Of a DNA stretch of 32,041 nt, positions 9,165 through 17,161 are shown piece after piece (the first letter of the stretch is position 1; the number at the start of each line of letters is the position of its first letter). Source of the stretch: a virus. Lineage: Duplodnaviria; Caudoviricetes. The position numbers were made by a program, and so were the translations under genes. Where the stretch lies: positions 1-32,041 of IMG/VR virus record IMGVR_UViG_3300025608_000060, one strand, 5' to 3'. The notes below the pieces were generated by a model. That model was given only the letters and a program-made list of their open reading frames with translations. It was not told the DNA's origin and did not search any database.

Positions 9165-12100
9165 TTAAAATTTAATATTACTAAATCCATTTACTTTTTT
9201 GATTTCCATTAGGTTATCAACTACATCTCTCATTGAATCGATGTGTGAGATAATCATTACGAAATCGAATTGTGTTTTTAGATAAGCGAACAACATATAC
9301 AATGATGTTAGGTTTTCATTATCTAATGTACCAAATCCTTCATCTACAACTAAGAAGTTTGGACGAGGTAGGTTACATACGTTGATTAGAGCGATTCTAA
9401 TCGCTAAACCACTAATGAACTTCTCCATACCACTACACATCTCTAAACTCCATTTCTGGTCATCGTAAACGATGTTAGCGTTGATGTTCTTACCATCCAT
9501 ATCTAATTGTAATCCGAAATCTACAATCTGACCTAAGATGTTGTTTACCTCACCTTCAATCATTGGTAGTGCCTTAGAAATCAATTCATAAGATACACCA
9601 TCCTTACCCAAAGCGTTTAGGTAATACTCAAACAAACCATGTTGTTCTTCTAATTGTTCTACCTCTTTGATTCTCTCTTCAATAGTTTCCTTTTGATTCT
9701 TTAACGATGATACCTCACCATTTAGTTTAAGAATCTGAGTATTTAGTGAATCAGTAGTATTCTTAGCTGAACTTAGTTCGTTTCGAACATTCTTCATATC
9801 TACTCTCAATTGTTGATTGATTTCAATCTGCTTCTCATTATCTAAATAATCTTCAATAAGTTGTATAACTTGTAGAACTTCGTTATTTAGTTTGATTTCT
9901 TTGGTTTCGAATGTTGATAACTTGTTGATAAGTGTGTTAATATTTTTACTTACCCTTTCCTCATCTGATTTTAATTTGGTAAGGTTACTTAACAAATCAG
10001 AATACTTTTTACGAGTATCAATAGCAAGAAGTAGAACATTCTTATCTTCAAACATTTGTTTCTTATCAACTTCGATAGTAGCTAAATCAGCTTCAACACC
10101 AACTTTAGCATCAATGATTGATTCAGAATTCTCCATACAAATATCACAATCTTTATTGTATTTATGTGATTCCAAATGCCTCATTCTATCCATCAAAGAA
10201 TCTTCTTTGATTTTCAACTTATCTAACTCATTATCTAAATCCTTTAAATCGGATGTATATTTGTTGAATAATTGATGTTCTTTTGTGATTTTATCTTCAT
10301 CATAGGTATCAATCTCTTCTTCTAATTTAAGTTGCTTTTCTTCTAACTCATTAATTATACTTTGAGTAGTATTACGTTGCTCTTCTAAATCAGTAATAGA
10401 TGATTCTAATTTTAATTTATTAGTTTCCAACGCATCCAACGAATAGTTATCTGATTTAACTTTTACAATTTTCTCATTTAGAGAAATTAACTTTTGATTG
10501 TGCTTCTCAACTTCACTCTTAGAACTATTTAACTGAATCTCAGTAAGTTTATATTCAGATTCCTTCTCCTTTAAGGTAGTTTCGATATCAGCCAACTTTT
10601 GAGTAAAATCATCTTGCTTAAACTTACGGATTAAAGATGAGTTATCTCTATTCTCTTCTTGTGCAAAAGAGTATAGTTTATCAAACACATCTACACCCAT
10701 AAATTGAGCTAAGATTTCCTTTCTCTCAGTTTGAGATTTATCAATAAATAAAGCGTTGTTTCCTTGAAGAGAAAGAGTGGTTAAAACGAAATCATCATAA
10801 GTACCTAAGTATTGTTGAATATTTGCGTTGGTTTCTCTTCTCTGCTCTCCATTTAAAGAAGTGATACCACCATCATCTTCTCTCCAAAAAGAAACATCTA
10901 CTTTTACATTCTTACCTTTGTTGATTAGTTTAGCACTTCTTTCAATAAAGTAATCTACACCATCAATCTGAAAACTTAATTTACAATAGAATTTATCTTT
11001 TCTATTATTCATTATGTTTTTTGCCATATAAGTTCTACTCGTCTTATCGAAAATACAAAATGAGATAGCATCAAATAAAGATGATTTACCACTAGCGTTT
11101 GGTGCAAATACTCCCACCATTCCTTTAGCGTTATCGAATCTAATTTTGTTGTTCTCACCATAAGAGAACATATTAGAGAACTCAAATGTCTTTGGTATCC
11201 ATTGGATGTTCGGTACAACATCATCATCTACCAACTTTGTATTCATATCCCTATTGAGTTGTTGAATCTTATCAACAGTATCCTCATCTGCTAAGTATTG
11301 TCTTTCTAAGTAATCCTTAATCAGTTCGTTTTGGAATTCCACATCTCTCACATTTCCGATTGCCAACTTATCATCAAAGTTACCAGTCTTTTGTTTTGAG
11401 AGTGTATCCATTCTCGTAACAGTAAATTCCTCTACCTTATATTTCTTTTTGATTTCAGTTAATGCTCTCTTAATCTGAGTTGGGTCAGTATTTGAAATAC
11501 GAACTCTCAATCGGGGTTTCTTTGGCATATCTGAAACATTTGGAACTACACCATCGTTTACATCTAAGGTATAGAATCCATAATCATTTTCAATATCAAA
11601 CTCTTCGAACGTTCTACTTTCAACATCCCATAATAGATAACCATGCTTATCCAATGCTTCTCCGTGATTTTGTTGAATCATAGAACCAGCATATGCAATC
11701 GTTGGTGAACCTAAAGTTTGTCTTTTGTGGATATCACCTAACATCACCATATCAAATCCTTCAAACATATCAGTTGTGAATGAGTTGGATGATACAGTGT
11801 ATCCGATATCAGTTTGTGCTAAGTTTACAGGTCCATGGAATAAACATATAGTATTCTCACCTTCTACCAATTCCGCCTTTGGCCAATTCTCTTTTTCATC
11901 GAGTATCGAATATACCACAAAAGTAATATTATGGAAGGGATAGATACCAGTATCTCTAAGGTAATGTATTCTTTCATTGTTTAAGTTTTCTACGATTGGA
12001 GTTAGTACATCCAAACGATAATTATTATTTAGGTTACAATCGTGATTACCAGTAATCATAAATGTTTCCTTTCGATTAGCACACTCAGTTAAGAACCAAC

Positions 12101-12296
12101 TAATCTCCCTTACTAATTCGGGACTCATTTCGGTTTTAGCATGTGCAATATCACCAGCTAAATAAATGATAGAGTTTTCGATATTATCTCTATCTACATT
12201 ATCTAAGAACTTTTGGAATACTTCTCTATACTCCGTATGTCTTTTCAAATTACGGATATGTAAATCCGCTAAATGGTAAATCTTTTCTACCTTCAT
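9165..12296 (-). CDS. Fused SbcD/Mre11 nuclease and SbcC/Rad50 ATPase (T4 gp47-gp46-like recombination nuclease)
   Basis: Phosphoesterase motifs DLH, GD, GNHD, FHG, GDIH; Walker A APNASGKSS; coiled coil with zinc hook CDIC; signature CSGMEK; Walker B VVDEGFGTLD; H-loop IISH. Confidence 0.92.
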   Translation of the reverse strand: MKVEKIYHLADLHIRNLKRHTEYREVFQKFLDNVDRDNIENSIIYLAGDIAHAKTEMSPELVREISWFLTECANRKETFMITGNHDCNLNNNYRLDVLTPIVENLNNERIHYLRDTGIYPFHNITFVVYSILDEKENWPKAELVEGENTICLFHGPVNLAQTDIGYTVSSNSFTTDMFEGFDMVMLGDIHKRQTLGSPTIAYAGSMIQQNHGEALDKHGYLLWDVESRTFEEFDIENDYGFYTLDVNDGVVPNVSDMPKKPRLRVRISNTDPTQIKRALTEIKKKYKVEEFTVTRMDTLSKQKTGNFDDKLAIGNVRDVEFQNELIKDYLERQYLADEDTVDKIQQLNRDMNTKLVDDDVVPNIQWIPKTFEFSNMFSYGENNKIRFDNAKGMVGVFAPNASGKSSLFDAISFCIFDKTSRTYMAKNIMNNRKDKFYCKLSFQIDGVDYFIERSAKLINKGKNVKVDVSFWREDDGGITSLNGEQRRETNANIQQYLGTYDDFVLTTLSLQGNNALFIDKSQTERKEILAQFMGVDVFDKLYSFAQEENRDNSSLIRKFKQDDFTQKLADIETTLKEKESEYKLTEIQLNSSKSEVEKHNQKLISLNEKIVKVKSDNYSLDALETNKLKLESSITDLEEQRNTTQSIINELEEKQLKLEEEIDTYDEDKITKEHQLFNKYTSDLKDLDNELDKLKIKEDSLMDRMRHLESHKYNKDCDICMENSESIIDAKVGVEADLATIEVDKKQMFEDKNVLLLAIDTRKKYSDLLSNLTKLKSDEERVSKNINTLINKLSTFETKEIKLNNEVLQVIQLIEDYLDNEKQIEINQQLRVDMKNVRNELSSAKNTTDSLNTQILKLNGEVSSLKNQKETIEERIKEVEQLEEQHGLFEYYLNALGKDGVSYELISKALPMIEGEVNNILGQIVDFGLQLDMDGKNINANIVYDDQKWSLEMCSGMEKFISGLAIRIALINVCNLPRPNFLVVDEGFGTLDNENLTSLYMLFAYLKTQFDFVMIISHIDSMRDVVDNLMEIKKVNGFSNIKF

Positions 12297-13234
12297 AAAT
12301 TGTTTAGTTTTGATAGGATTAAATCATCCCAACCACTTTCTTCGGTTTCTTTTAGTAATTCGTTTACTTTATCAAATCCCAACTCACCTGCATCTGAATT
12401 TCCGTTTGGAATGATGTTCGTTACTTTTATACCATTTTGAATAAAGTAATTAGCGTGTTGTGTGGAATCATCCACTGCATCTGAATCTAATAGTATGTTG
12501 ATTTCCCTTACACCTTTTTCGAAAATCTTTTCTTTCAAAGTTCGAGGTAGAAACTTCCCTAAGATTGGGATTACGTTTCTCTTAACTGCGAATGAATCAA
12601 ACACACCTTCAACTAAGGTGATTGGCTCATTCCAATTAATTTGGTTATCAAATACAATTACATTTCTACTGACTGGTGGATTTTTATACTTCATAGTTGA
12701 ATCCTTATAAAAGGAACGAGCTATAAAATAGTTCAGTTCACCCTCTTCACTATAAGATGGAATAATCACTCTACCACCATACAATCCATCTTCACAATAC
12801 CCAATATTGTATTTTAATACCTCATCCATTGTAATACCTCTATTCAGTAGATATCCAATAGCCTGATTGTAAATTGGGTTGATTGATTTCGGTTTGTGGT
12901 AGAGTGATTTAAATTCCTTTGGTAGTTTGAGTACTACCTTTTCAATCTCCCTTTGATTGTTAGTTGGCTTGTATTCACCATATATAGAAATAATTTTACC
13001 TATATCATTTCTATCAACATTTAAGCGATTGAGTAGTGATTGGATACTTCTACCCTTTGAATCACATACCCAACAATGCCAATATTGAGTTTCAACATTT
13101 ATTTGTAGTTTCTTCTTATGGTGGTGGCAGAACGGACAATGATGTGCCTGTTCATTTCCCTTTAAAGATGAACCAACACCTAAAGCAGAATCTAATACAT
13201 TAATAACAACTAATTTGTTTCTAGCGGAGAGCAT
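12293..13234 (-). CDS. dnaG: DNA primase (zinc finger plus TOPRIM)
   Basis: CPFC...HCWVC zinc finger, GRVIIP, FIAR, KYKNP, LVEGVFD, LDSD; ATGA overlap with the SbcCD fusion. Confidence 0.88.
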   Translation of the reverse strand: MLSARNKLVVINVLDSALGVGSSLKGNEQAHHCPFCHHHKKKLQINVETQYWHCWVCDSKGRSIQSLLNRLNVDRNDIGKIISIYGEYKPTNNQREIEKVVLKLPKEFKSLYHKPKSINPIYNQAIGYLLNRGITMDEVLKYNIGYCEDGLYGGRVIIPSYSEEGELNYFIARSFYKDSTMKYKNPPVSRNVIVFDNQINWNEPITLVEGVFDSFAVKRNVIPILGKFLPRTLKEKIFEKGVREINILLDSDAVDDSTQHANYFIQNGIKVTNIIPNGNSDAGELGFDKVNELLKETEESGWDDLILSKLNNL

Positions 13235-13250
13235 AAACTTTAATTTGGAA

Positions 13251-13282
13251 CAAATATACGAAAAATATTTGGATTTACCAAA
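13251..13282 (-). promoter_or_regulatory. Bacteroidota sigma70-type promoter for the primase operon
   Basis: Minus strand TTTG-N20-TATATTTG matches the -33 TTTG / -7 TAnnTTTG consensus; 16 nt separate it from the primase ATG. Confidence 0.8.
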
Positions 13283-13486
13283 TTATCCTATTGTTGAATC
13301 TGATATATCAAACATAAAACTACCTAATCGTTTTAAACTATCGATGATATCTTTATCGACTTTACGAGCTTCCATTTCTTTGACTAGATGTTGAACTGAT
13401 TTAATTCCAATCTTTAATGCATCATCTTTTGCGTTCAATGAATTTGGATTTACTCCATACTTCTGTGCTATTTGTTGTAAGTTCAT
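13283..13486 (-). CDS. Hypothetical small helical protein
   Basis: 67-aa ORF filling the gap, with its own host-type promoter upstream. Confidence 0.7.
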   Translation of the reverse strand: MNLQQIAQKYGVNPNSLNAKDDALKIGIKSVQHLVKEMEARKVDKDIIDSLKRLGSFMFDISDSTIG

Positions 13487-13516
13487 AATATTATTTTGTG
13501 TATATACAATTAAACA

Positions 13517-13548
13517 CTAATATACAAATAATATTTTACTTATCCAAA
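13517..13548 (-). promoter_or_regulatory. Second Bacteroidota-type promoter
   Basis: Minus strand TTTG-N20-TATATTAG, same spacing and similar spacer sequence as the 13251-13282 element. Confidence 0.7.
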
Positions 13549-14000
13549 TCTTTTCTATAAAATTTTCCTAATATATTTCCGTTGAGAGAATTATCATCTG
13601 ATAGTACATCGTAATGAAACATCCAATGTACTTCGTAGTATGATAATGATTTTTTGGAATAGCAGAATTGTAGTATTTTACGTTTGAACTCATCTTCCTT
13701 TCCTTCTGAGATTTGTTCTCTTATCCAATCGTTTGATGAATAGTATTTCTGCCAGTCAGATGATTTTCTAACTTTTTTCTTTTTTGGTAGTGAACCCCTT
13801 ATACCTTTTAACTTTCGTTCTTCTTTGATACGAGCTAATTCTCTAACTCCGATTTTTACATTTCGGACACTCTCTAAGGATTTCTTACCAATATAATATT
13901 TGCCGGTAGGAATGTGTTCAATCATATAAACAAATCCTACGGCATCTTCAGGTATAACTTCTTCGGTAACATCGTTACCTTCCCATAACCAATTTAACAT
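13536..14000 (-). CDS. GIY-YIG family nuclease (free-standing)
   Basis: GFVYMIEHIPTGKYYIGKK, WQKYYSS, conserved Glu in YYE and C-terminal LNGNI. Confidence 0.75.
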   Translation of the reverse strand: MLNWLWEGNDVTEEVIPEDAVGFVYMIEHIPTGKYYIGKKSLESVRNVKIGVRELARIKEERKLKGIRGSLPKKKKVRKSSDWQKYYSSNDWIREQISEGKEDEFKRKILQFCYSKKSLSYYEVHWMFHYDVLSDDNSLNGNILGKFYRKDLDK

Positions 14001-14005
14001 TCAAT

Positions 14006-14212
14006 TTATTTAAATATATCAGAATAAGGTTTTGCAGGAGTATGCCCAGCTGCACCTTTTCCTAATTTTCTACCACCTGATTTTTCGATGGCTTTTTCAT
14101 CCTTTGATAAATCCAATCCACCATCTGCTTCTAATGGTGTTTTATCACCACCTTTAGTATTTGCTTTTGATGCTGCTGGTGGAGTTTGTTTTAATCTTTC
14201 TTCTAAAGTCAT
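14006..14212 (-). CDS. Hypothetical small protein, probably disordered
   Basis: 68-aa Lys/Gly/Ala-rich ORF preceded by ATATTTATA. Confidence 0.7.
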   Translation of the reverse strand: MTLEERLKQTPPAASKANTKGGDKTPLEADGGLDLSKDEKAIEKSGGRKLGKGAAGHTPAKPYSDIFK

Positions 14213-14231
14213 AATAGTCTTTTTTATATTA

Positions 14232-14240
14232 TATAAATAT
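14232..14240 (-). promoter_or_regulatory. Putative late promoter motif ATATTTATA
   Basis: Exact nonamer about 20 nt upstream of the ATG at 14212. Confidence 0.65.
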
Positions 14241-14244
14241 TATC

Positions 14245-15183
14245 TTATGTATCGAAACGAACGATGAAGTTGACTGGGTAATCGGGTAGTGATTTAATCG
14301 GTTGTGGTAATTTAGCCACAGCCACCATATTCAATTCATCATCATATAAACCTATTGTTGTTATAAATGGTGCAAGATATGAACCAGTCTGGTCAACCGA
14401 ACTACTAACTATGTAATCATCAAAACTTCCCTCAGTAACACCATCTAAAGATGAAACGATTGGGTGGTTTGCGTTTTTAATATATTTAGCTCCCGGTTGA
14501 TAAAATGATTGAGATACCATTGTACCATCAATCAATCGTGTCTTTGGTTTTGTGATTGATGTAGTAATCTTTTTACCACCAACTTCATATACAGCAGATG
14601 GGTTTTGTGAAACATTGAATTCATTCTCCAATACCGAAAGGAATATCTCATTCTCATAAATTGTCATTGTAGAACGATATGATACATCAAATGATGATAG
14701 TGATGAATCCTCAACAATTCCATCGGTTAGTACAACCAATCCCCTATCATAGAATACATTACCCTTTATATTAGATGCCGAATCTATTAAGTTTGAATTA
14801 CCATCATCAGTTGCCGTTATTGAACCATACTCAACTATCATTGAACCTACTTTAATTCCCTCACCATAGTATTGTTGTGAGATTGGGATTACTCCAATAG
14901 TATCACCAATAACCCTTTCATTAGTTGATGTATATGATTCTCTCTTACCAACTTCGGTTACAATAGATGATGTGGCTGGGTTTAAATAGAATTGTGCTTT
15001 AATAGAATCATACAATGTTCTTTTTGAGATACCATTAGTATTTGTTGAATCAGTATCCACATCATATAAATCAGTCTGATTAGTTCCATACATTGGGGTA
15101 ATATCAGTTTCATCCAAAGTCCACTCTTTGTAAACTTTGAAAGGTCTAACTACTACATCCGATTTTGGTATTTCTTTAATCAT
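14245..15183 (-). CDS. Virion structural protein with tail-collar-fibre-like C-terminal motif
   Basis: C-terminal PFITTIGLYDDELNMVAVAKLPQPIK; paralogous to 15261-16466 (DRG(L/I)xxL, EFNxSxNP). Confidence 0.65.
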   Translation of the reverse strand: MIKEIPKSDVVVRPFKVYKEWTLDETDITPMYGTNQTDLYDVDTDSTNTNGISKRTLYDSIKAQFYLNPATSSIVTEVGKRESYTSTNERVIGDTIGVIPISQQYYGEGIKVGSMIVEYGSITATDDGNSNLIDSASNIKGNVFYDRGLVVLTDGIVEDSSLSSFDVSYRSTMTIYENEIFLSVLENEFNVSQNPSAVYEVGGKKITTSITKPKTRLIDGTMVSQSFYQPGAKYIKNANHPIVSSLDGVTEGSFDDYIVSSSVDQTGSYLAPFITTIGLYDDELNMVAVAKLPQPIKSLPDYPVNFIVRFDT

Positions 15184-15197
15184 TTAAAATACTTTTC

Positions 15198-15206
15198 TAT
15201 AAATAT
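15198..15206 (-). promoter_or_regulatory. Putative late promoter motif ATATTTATA
   Basis: Exact nonamer about 15 nt upstream of the ATG at 15183. Confidence 0.65.
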
Positions 15207-15207
15207 C

Positions 15208-15240
15208 AAAAAACAAAAAACCCCACCGAAGTGAGGTTCT
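15208..15240 (-). terminator. Rho-independent terminator
   Basis: Minus strand AACCTCAC-TTCG-GTGGGGTT stem with cUUCGg tetraloop, running into the tract TTTTTTGTTTTTT. Confidence 0.85.
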
Positions 15241-15260
15241 TAGTATATCAATAAAAATTC

Positions 15261-16466
15261 TTAGAAAGAAAGTTTTACTTTAATTAGAACTTCCTTATCA
15301 AATGATTTTTCAATCGGTTGAGAAGTTTTAGCTACTGCAATCATCTCATTTGAATCGTTCAATAAACCCACCGTTGTAATGTAAGTTTTTGGGTCGGTTT
15401 CAAATGTAGTTTCAGCGAACGTTCCGTTTGCGTTTACATATGTTGGGTTGTTTGAGTAGTTGAACTCTCTATTTGTTGCTCTTACGAAGAAGTGTTGTGT
15501 AGATACATTTTCAGTTCTTCTCGCTTGGAAATCACCACCTAAACGAATTGAGTTTACCAATCTTTCTTGGTTTTGCTTATCAGCATCTACACCCAAATCA
15601 CCAGCGATACTTACCTCAGAACCATCAACACCGATGTTTCCAACAGTATCTTCTAATGCGGCTGGAGATAGAACTATGATACCTCTATCAGGGTAGAATA
15701 ATCCAAACCCTACATCTCCAGATGAAGTTACAGTATTAATCGTTGCTTCGTTTTCAGTACCTAAGTTAAGTGAACCACTTACTACTTTAAATACTCTACC
15801 AGCTTTTCCTAATGTATCTCCAAATTTCTTACCACTGTCATCAATGAAAGTGAAAGTACCATTTGAACCACTTAATTGTAATGACCAGTTACCTGGATCC
15901 ATTTTTTCTCTATATCTAGCTCTATTTACGTTGATTACATAAATATCATTCGAATCATCAGAATTACCAGCACCATCTTCAAATGAGAACTTATCATCGG
16001 TTGGGTCTAATAAAATAGATTTATACTGAGCGTAAGTTGCTTTAGTTGGTAACAATGCATCATCTGATGCTTGTAATGAAATAGAACCACTACCATTAAC
16101 GTGTCCGTATGCTACTGCGAATTGTACTTCTGCTGAAGAATTAGTTGCAGGGTCTGATTCGTATACATTATAGTAATACTCACCAGATGCTGCTGCTACT
16201 TGAGTTGATGATGTAAATGCGTTTACTAAAGAACCAGAATCACCAGTCCATAAACCAGTTGTTACTACTTCTACTTTAGAATTTACTTTATCAAACTCAC
16301 CGAATCTTTTATATACACCAGATGATACACCTGTTGCTAATGAGATTTGCTGTCCACCAGGTAATGCAGAATTCAAAAGGGCTACTACATCAGAACTGTC
16401 GATAGTTCCACCTTGTGCTAAGGCCTGTAATTGATTAGTTATATTTGGGTCGTTTATAATTGCCAT
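15261..16466 (-). CDS. Virion structural protein with tail-collar-fibre-like C-terminal motif
   Basis: C-terminal TYITTVGLLNDSNEMIAVAKTSQPIEK; Ser/Thr/Gly-rich; lies in the baseplate cluster. Confidence 0.65.
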   Translation of the reverse strand: MAIINDPNITNQLQALAQGGTIDSSDVVALLNSALPGGQQISLATGVSSGVYKRFGEFDKVNSKVEVVTTGLWTGDSGSLVNAFTSSTQVAAASGEYYYNVYESDPATNSSAEVQFAVAYGHVNGSGSISLQASDDALLPTKATYAQYKSILLDPTDDKFSFEDGAGNSDDSNDIYVINVNRARYREKMDPGNWSLQLSGSNGTFTFIDDSGKKFGDTLGKAGRVFKVVSGSLNLGTENEATINTVTSSGDVGFGLFYPDRGIIVLSPAALEDTVGNIGVDGSEVSIAGDLGVDADKQNQERLVNSIRLGGDFQARRTENVSTQHFFVRATNREFNYSNNPTYVNANGTFAETTFETDPKTYITTVGLLNDSNEMIAVAKTSQPIEKSFDKEVLIKVKLSF

Positions 16467-16478
16467 ATCTTATTTCCT

Positions 16479-17108
16479 TTATACGTTACTTCTATAAGTT
16501 ACTACAACAGGAATGGTTTGTGAACCACCAGTTTCGTTACCATAGACTGTGATAGTTGTTGATACATTTGAAGTTAACGATGGATTCGGACTGAATGTAA
16601 ATCCTAAACCACTTACAACTTGTGCGGTTGTGGTTACTTCCTCTCCTAAGAAAACAGGAACCGAACCGGCTGCTGTTGCTCCTTGTGTTACTGCTAATGT
16701 ACCAGCTCTTTGGTCTGCTAATACAACAGTATATCCAGCGTTTGTATTTCCTTGAGGTGAAGTTGTTGGTGAAAGAGAAACTTGTCCTTCATCTTGATAA
16801 ACCCCTATTGAAGGAATACCCAATGCTACGATTGGAATTTGTGTTGTACCTTTTGGTAATGTAACTAACTTGTATCTTAATACTTGTGTTTCGTCAGGAC
16901 TTGCTTCCGTAATTGGAATCGCCTTAATTGCCGAATCATAAAACGCTGACCCCTTTGGGTGCGCTGGTTCGTACAATGTATAGTCAATCTCATCATCTCC
17001 TAATGCGAATTTGGAAATTCCGAGGGATTGACCCGATGCCAACTTCTGTCTACCTTTTTTGGTAAGAATCGCATCGACTGTAATTGATGTGTTGTCTAAA
17101 TATCCCAT
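16479..17108 (-). CDS. Virion structural protein with tail-collar-fibre-like N-terminal motif
   Basis: AILTKKGRQKLASG...ISKFALGDDEIDY resembles the N-terminus of P2 gpH/DUF3751-type fibre anchors; beta-rich C-terminus. Confidence 0.6.
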   Translation of the reverse strand: MGYLDNTSITVDAILTKKGRQKLASGQSLGISKFALGDDEIDYTLYEPAHPKGSAFYDSAIKAIPITEASPDETQVLRYKLVTLPKGTTQIPIVALGIPSIGVYQDEGQVSLSPTTSPQGNTNAGYTVVLADQRAGTLAVTQGATAAGSVPVFLGEEVTTTAQVVSGLGFTFSPNPSLTSNVSTTITVYGNETGGSQTIPVVVTYRSNV

Positions 17109-17134
17109 AATTTATTTAATCCCTTTTGATTATC

Positions 17135-17143
17135 TATAAATAT
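17135..17143 (-). promoter_or_regulatory. Putative late promoter motif ATATTTATA
   Basis: Exact nonamer about 27 nt upstream of the ATG at 17108. Confidence 0.65.
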
Positions 17144-17161
17144 AACTTTTTTCAAATTTAA

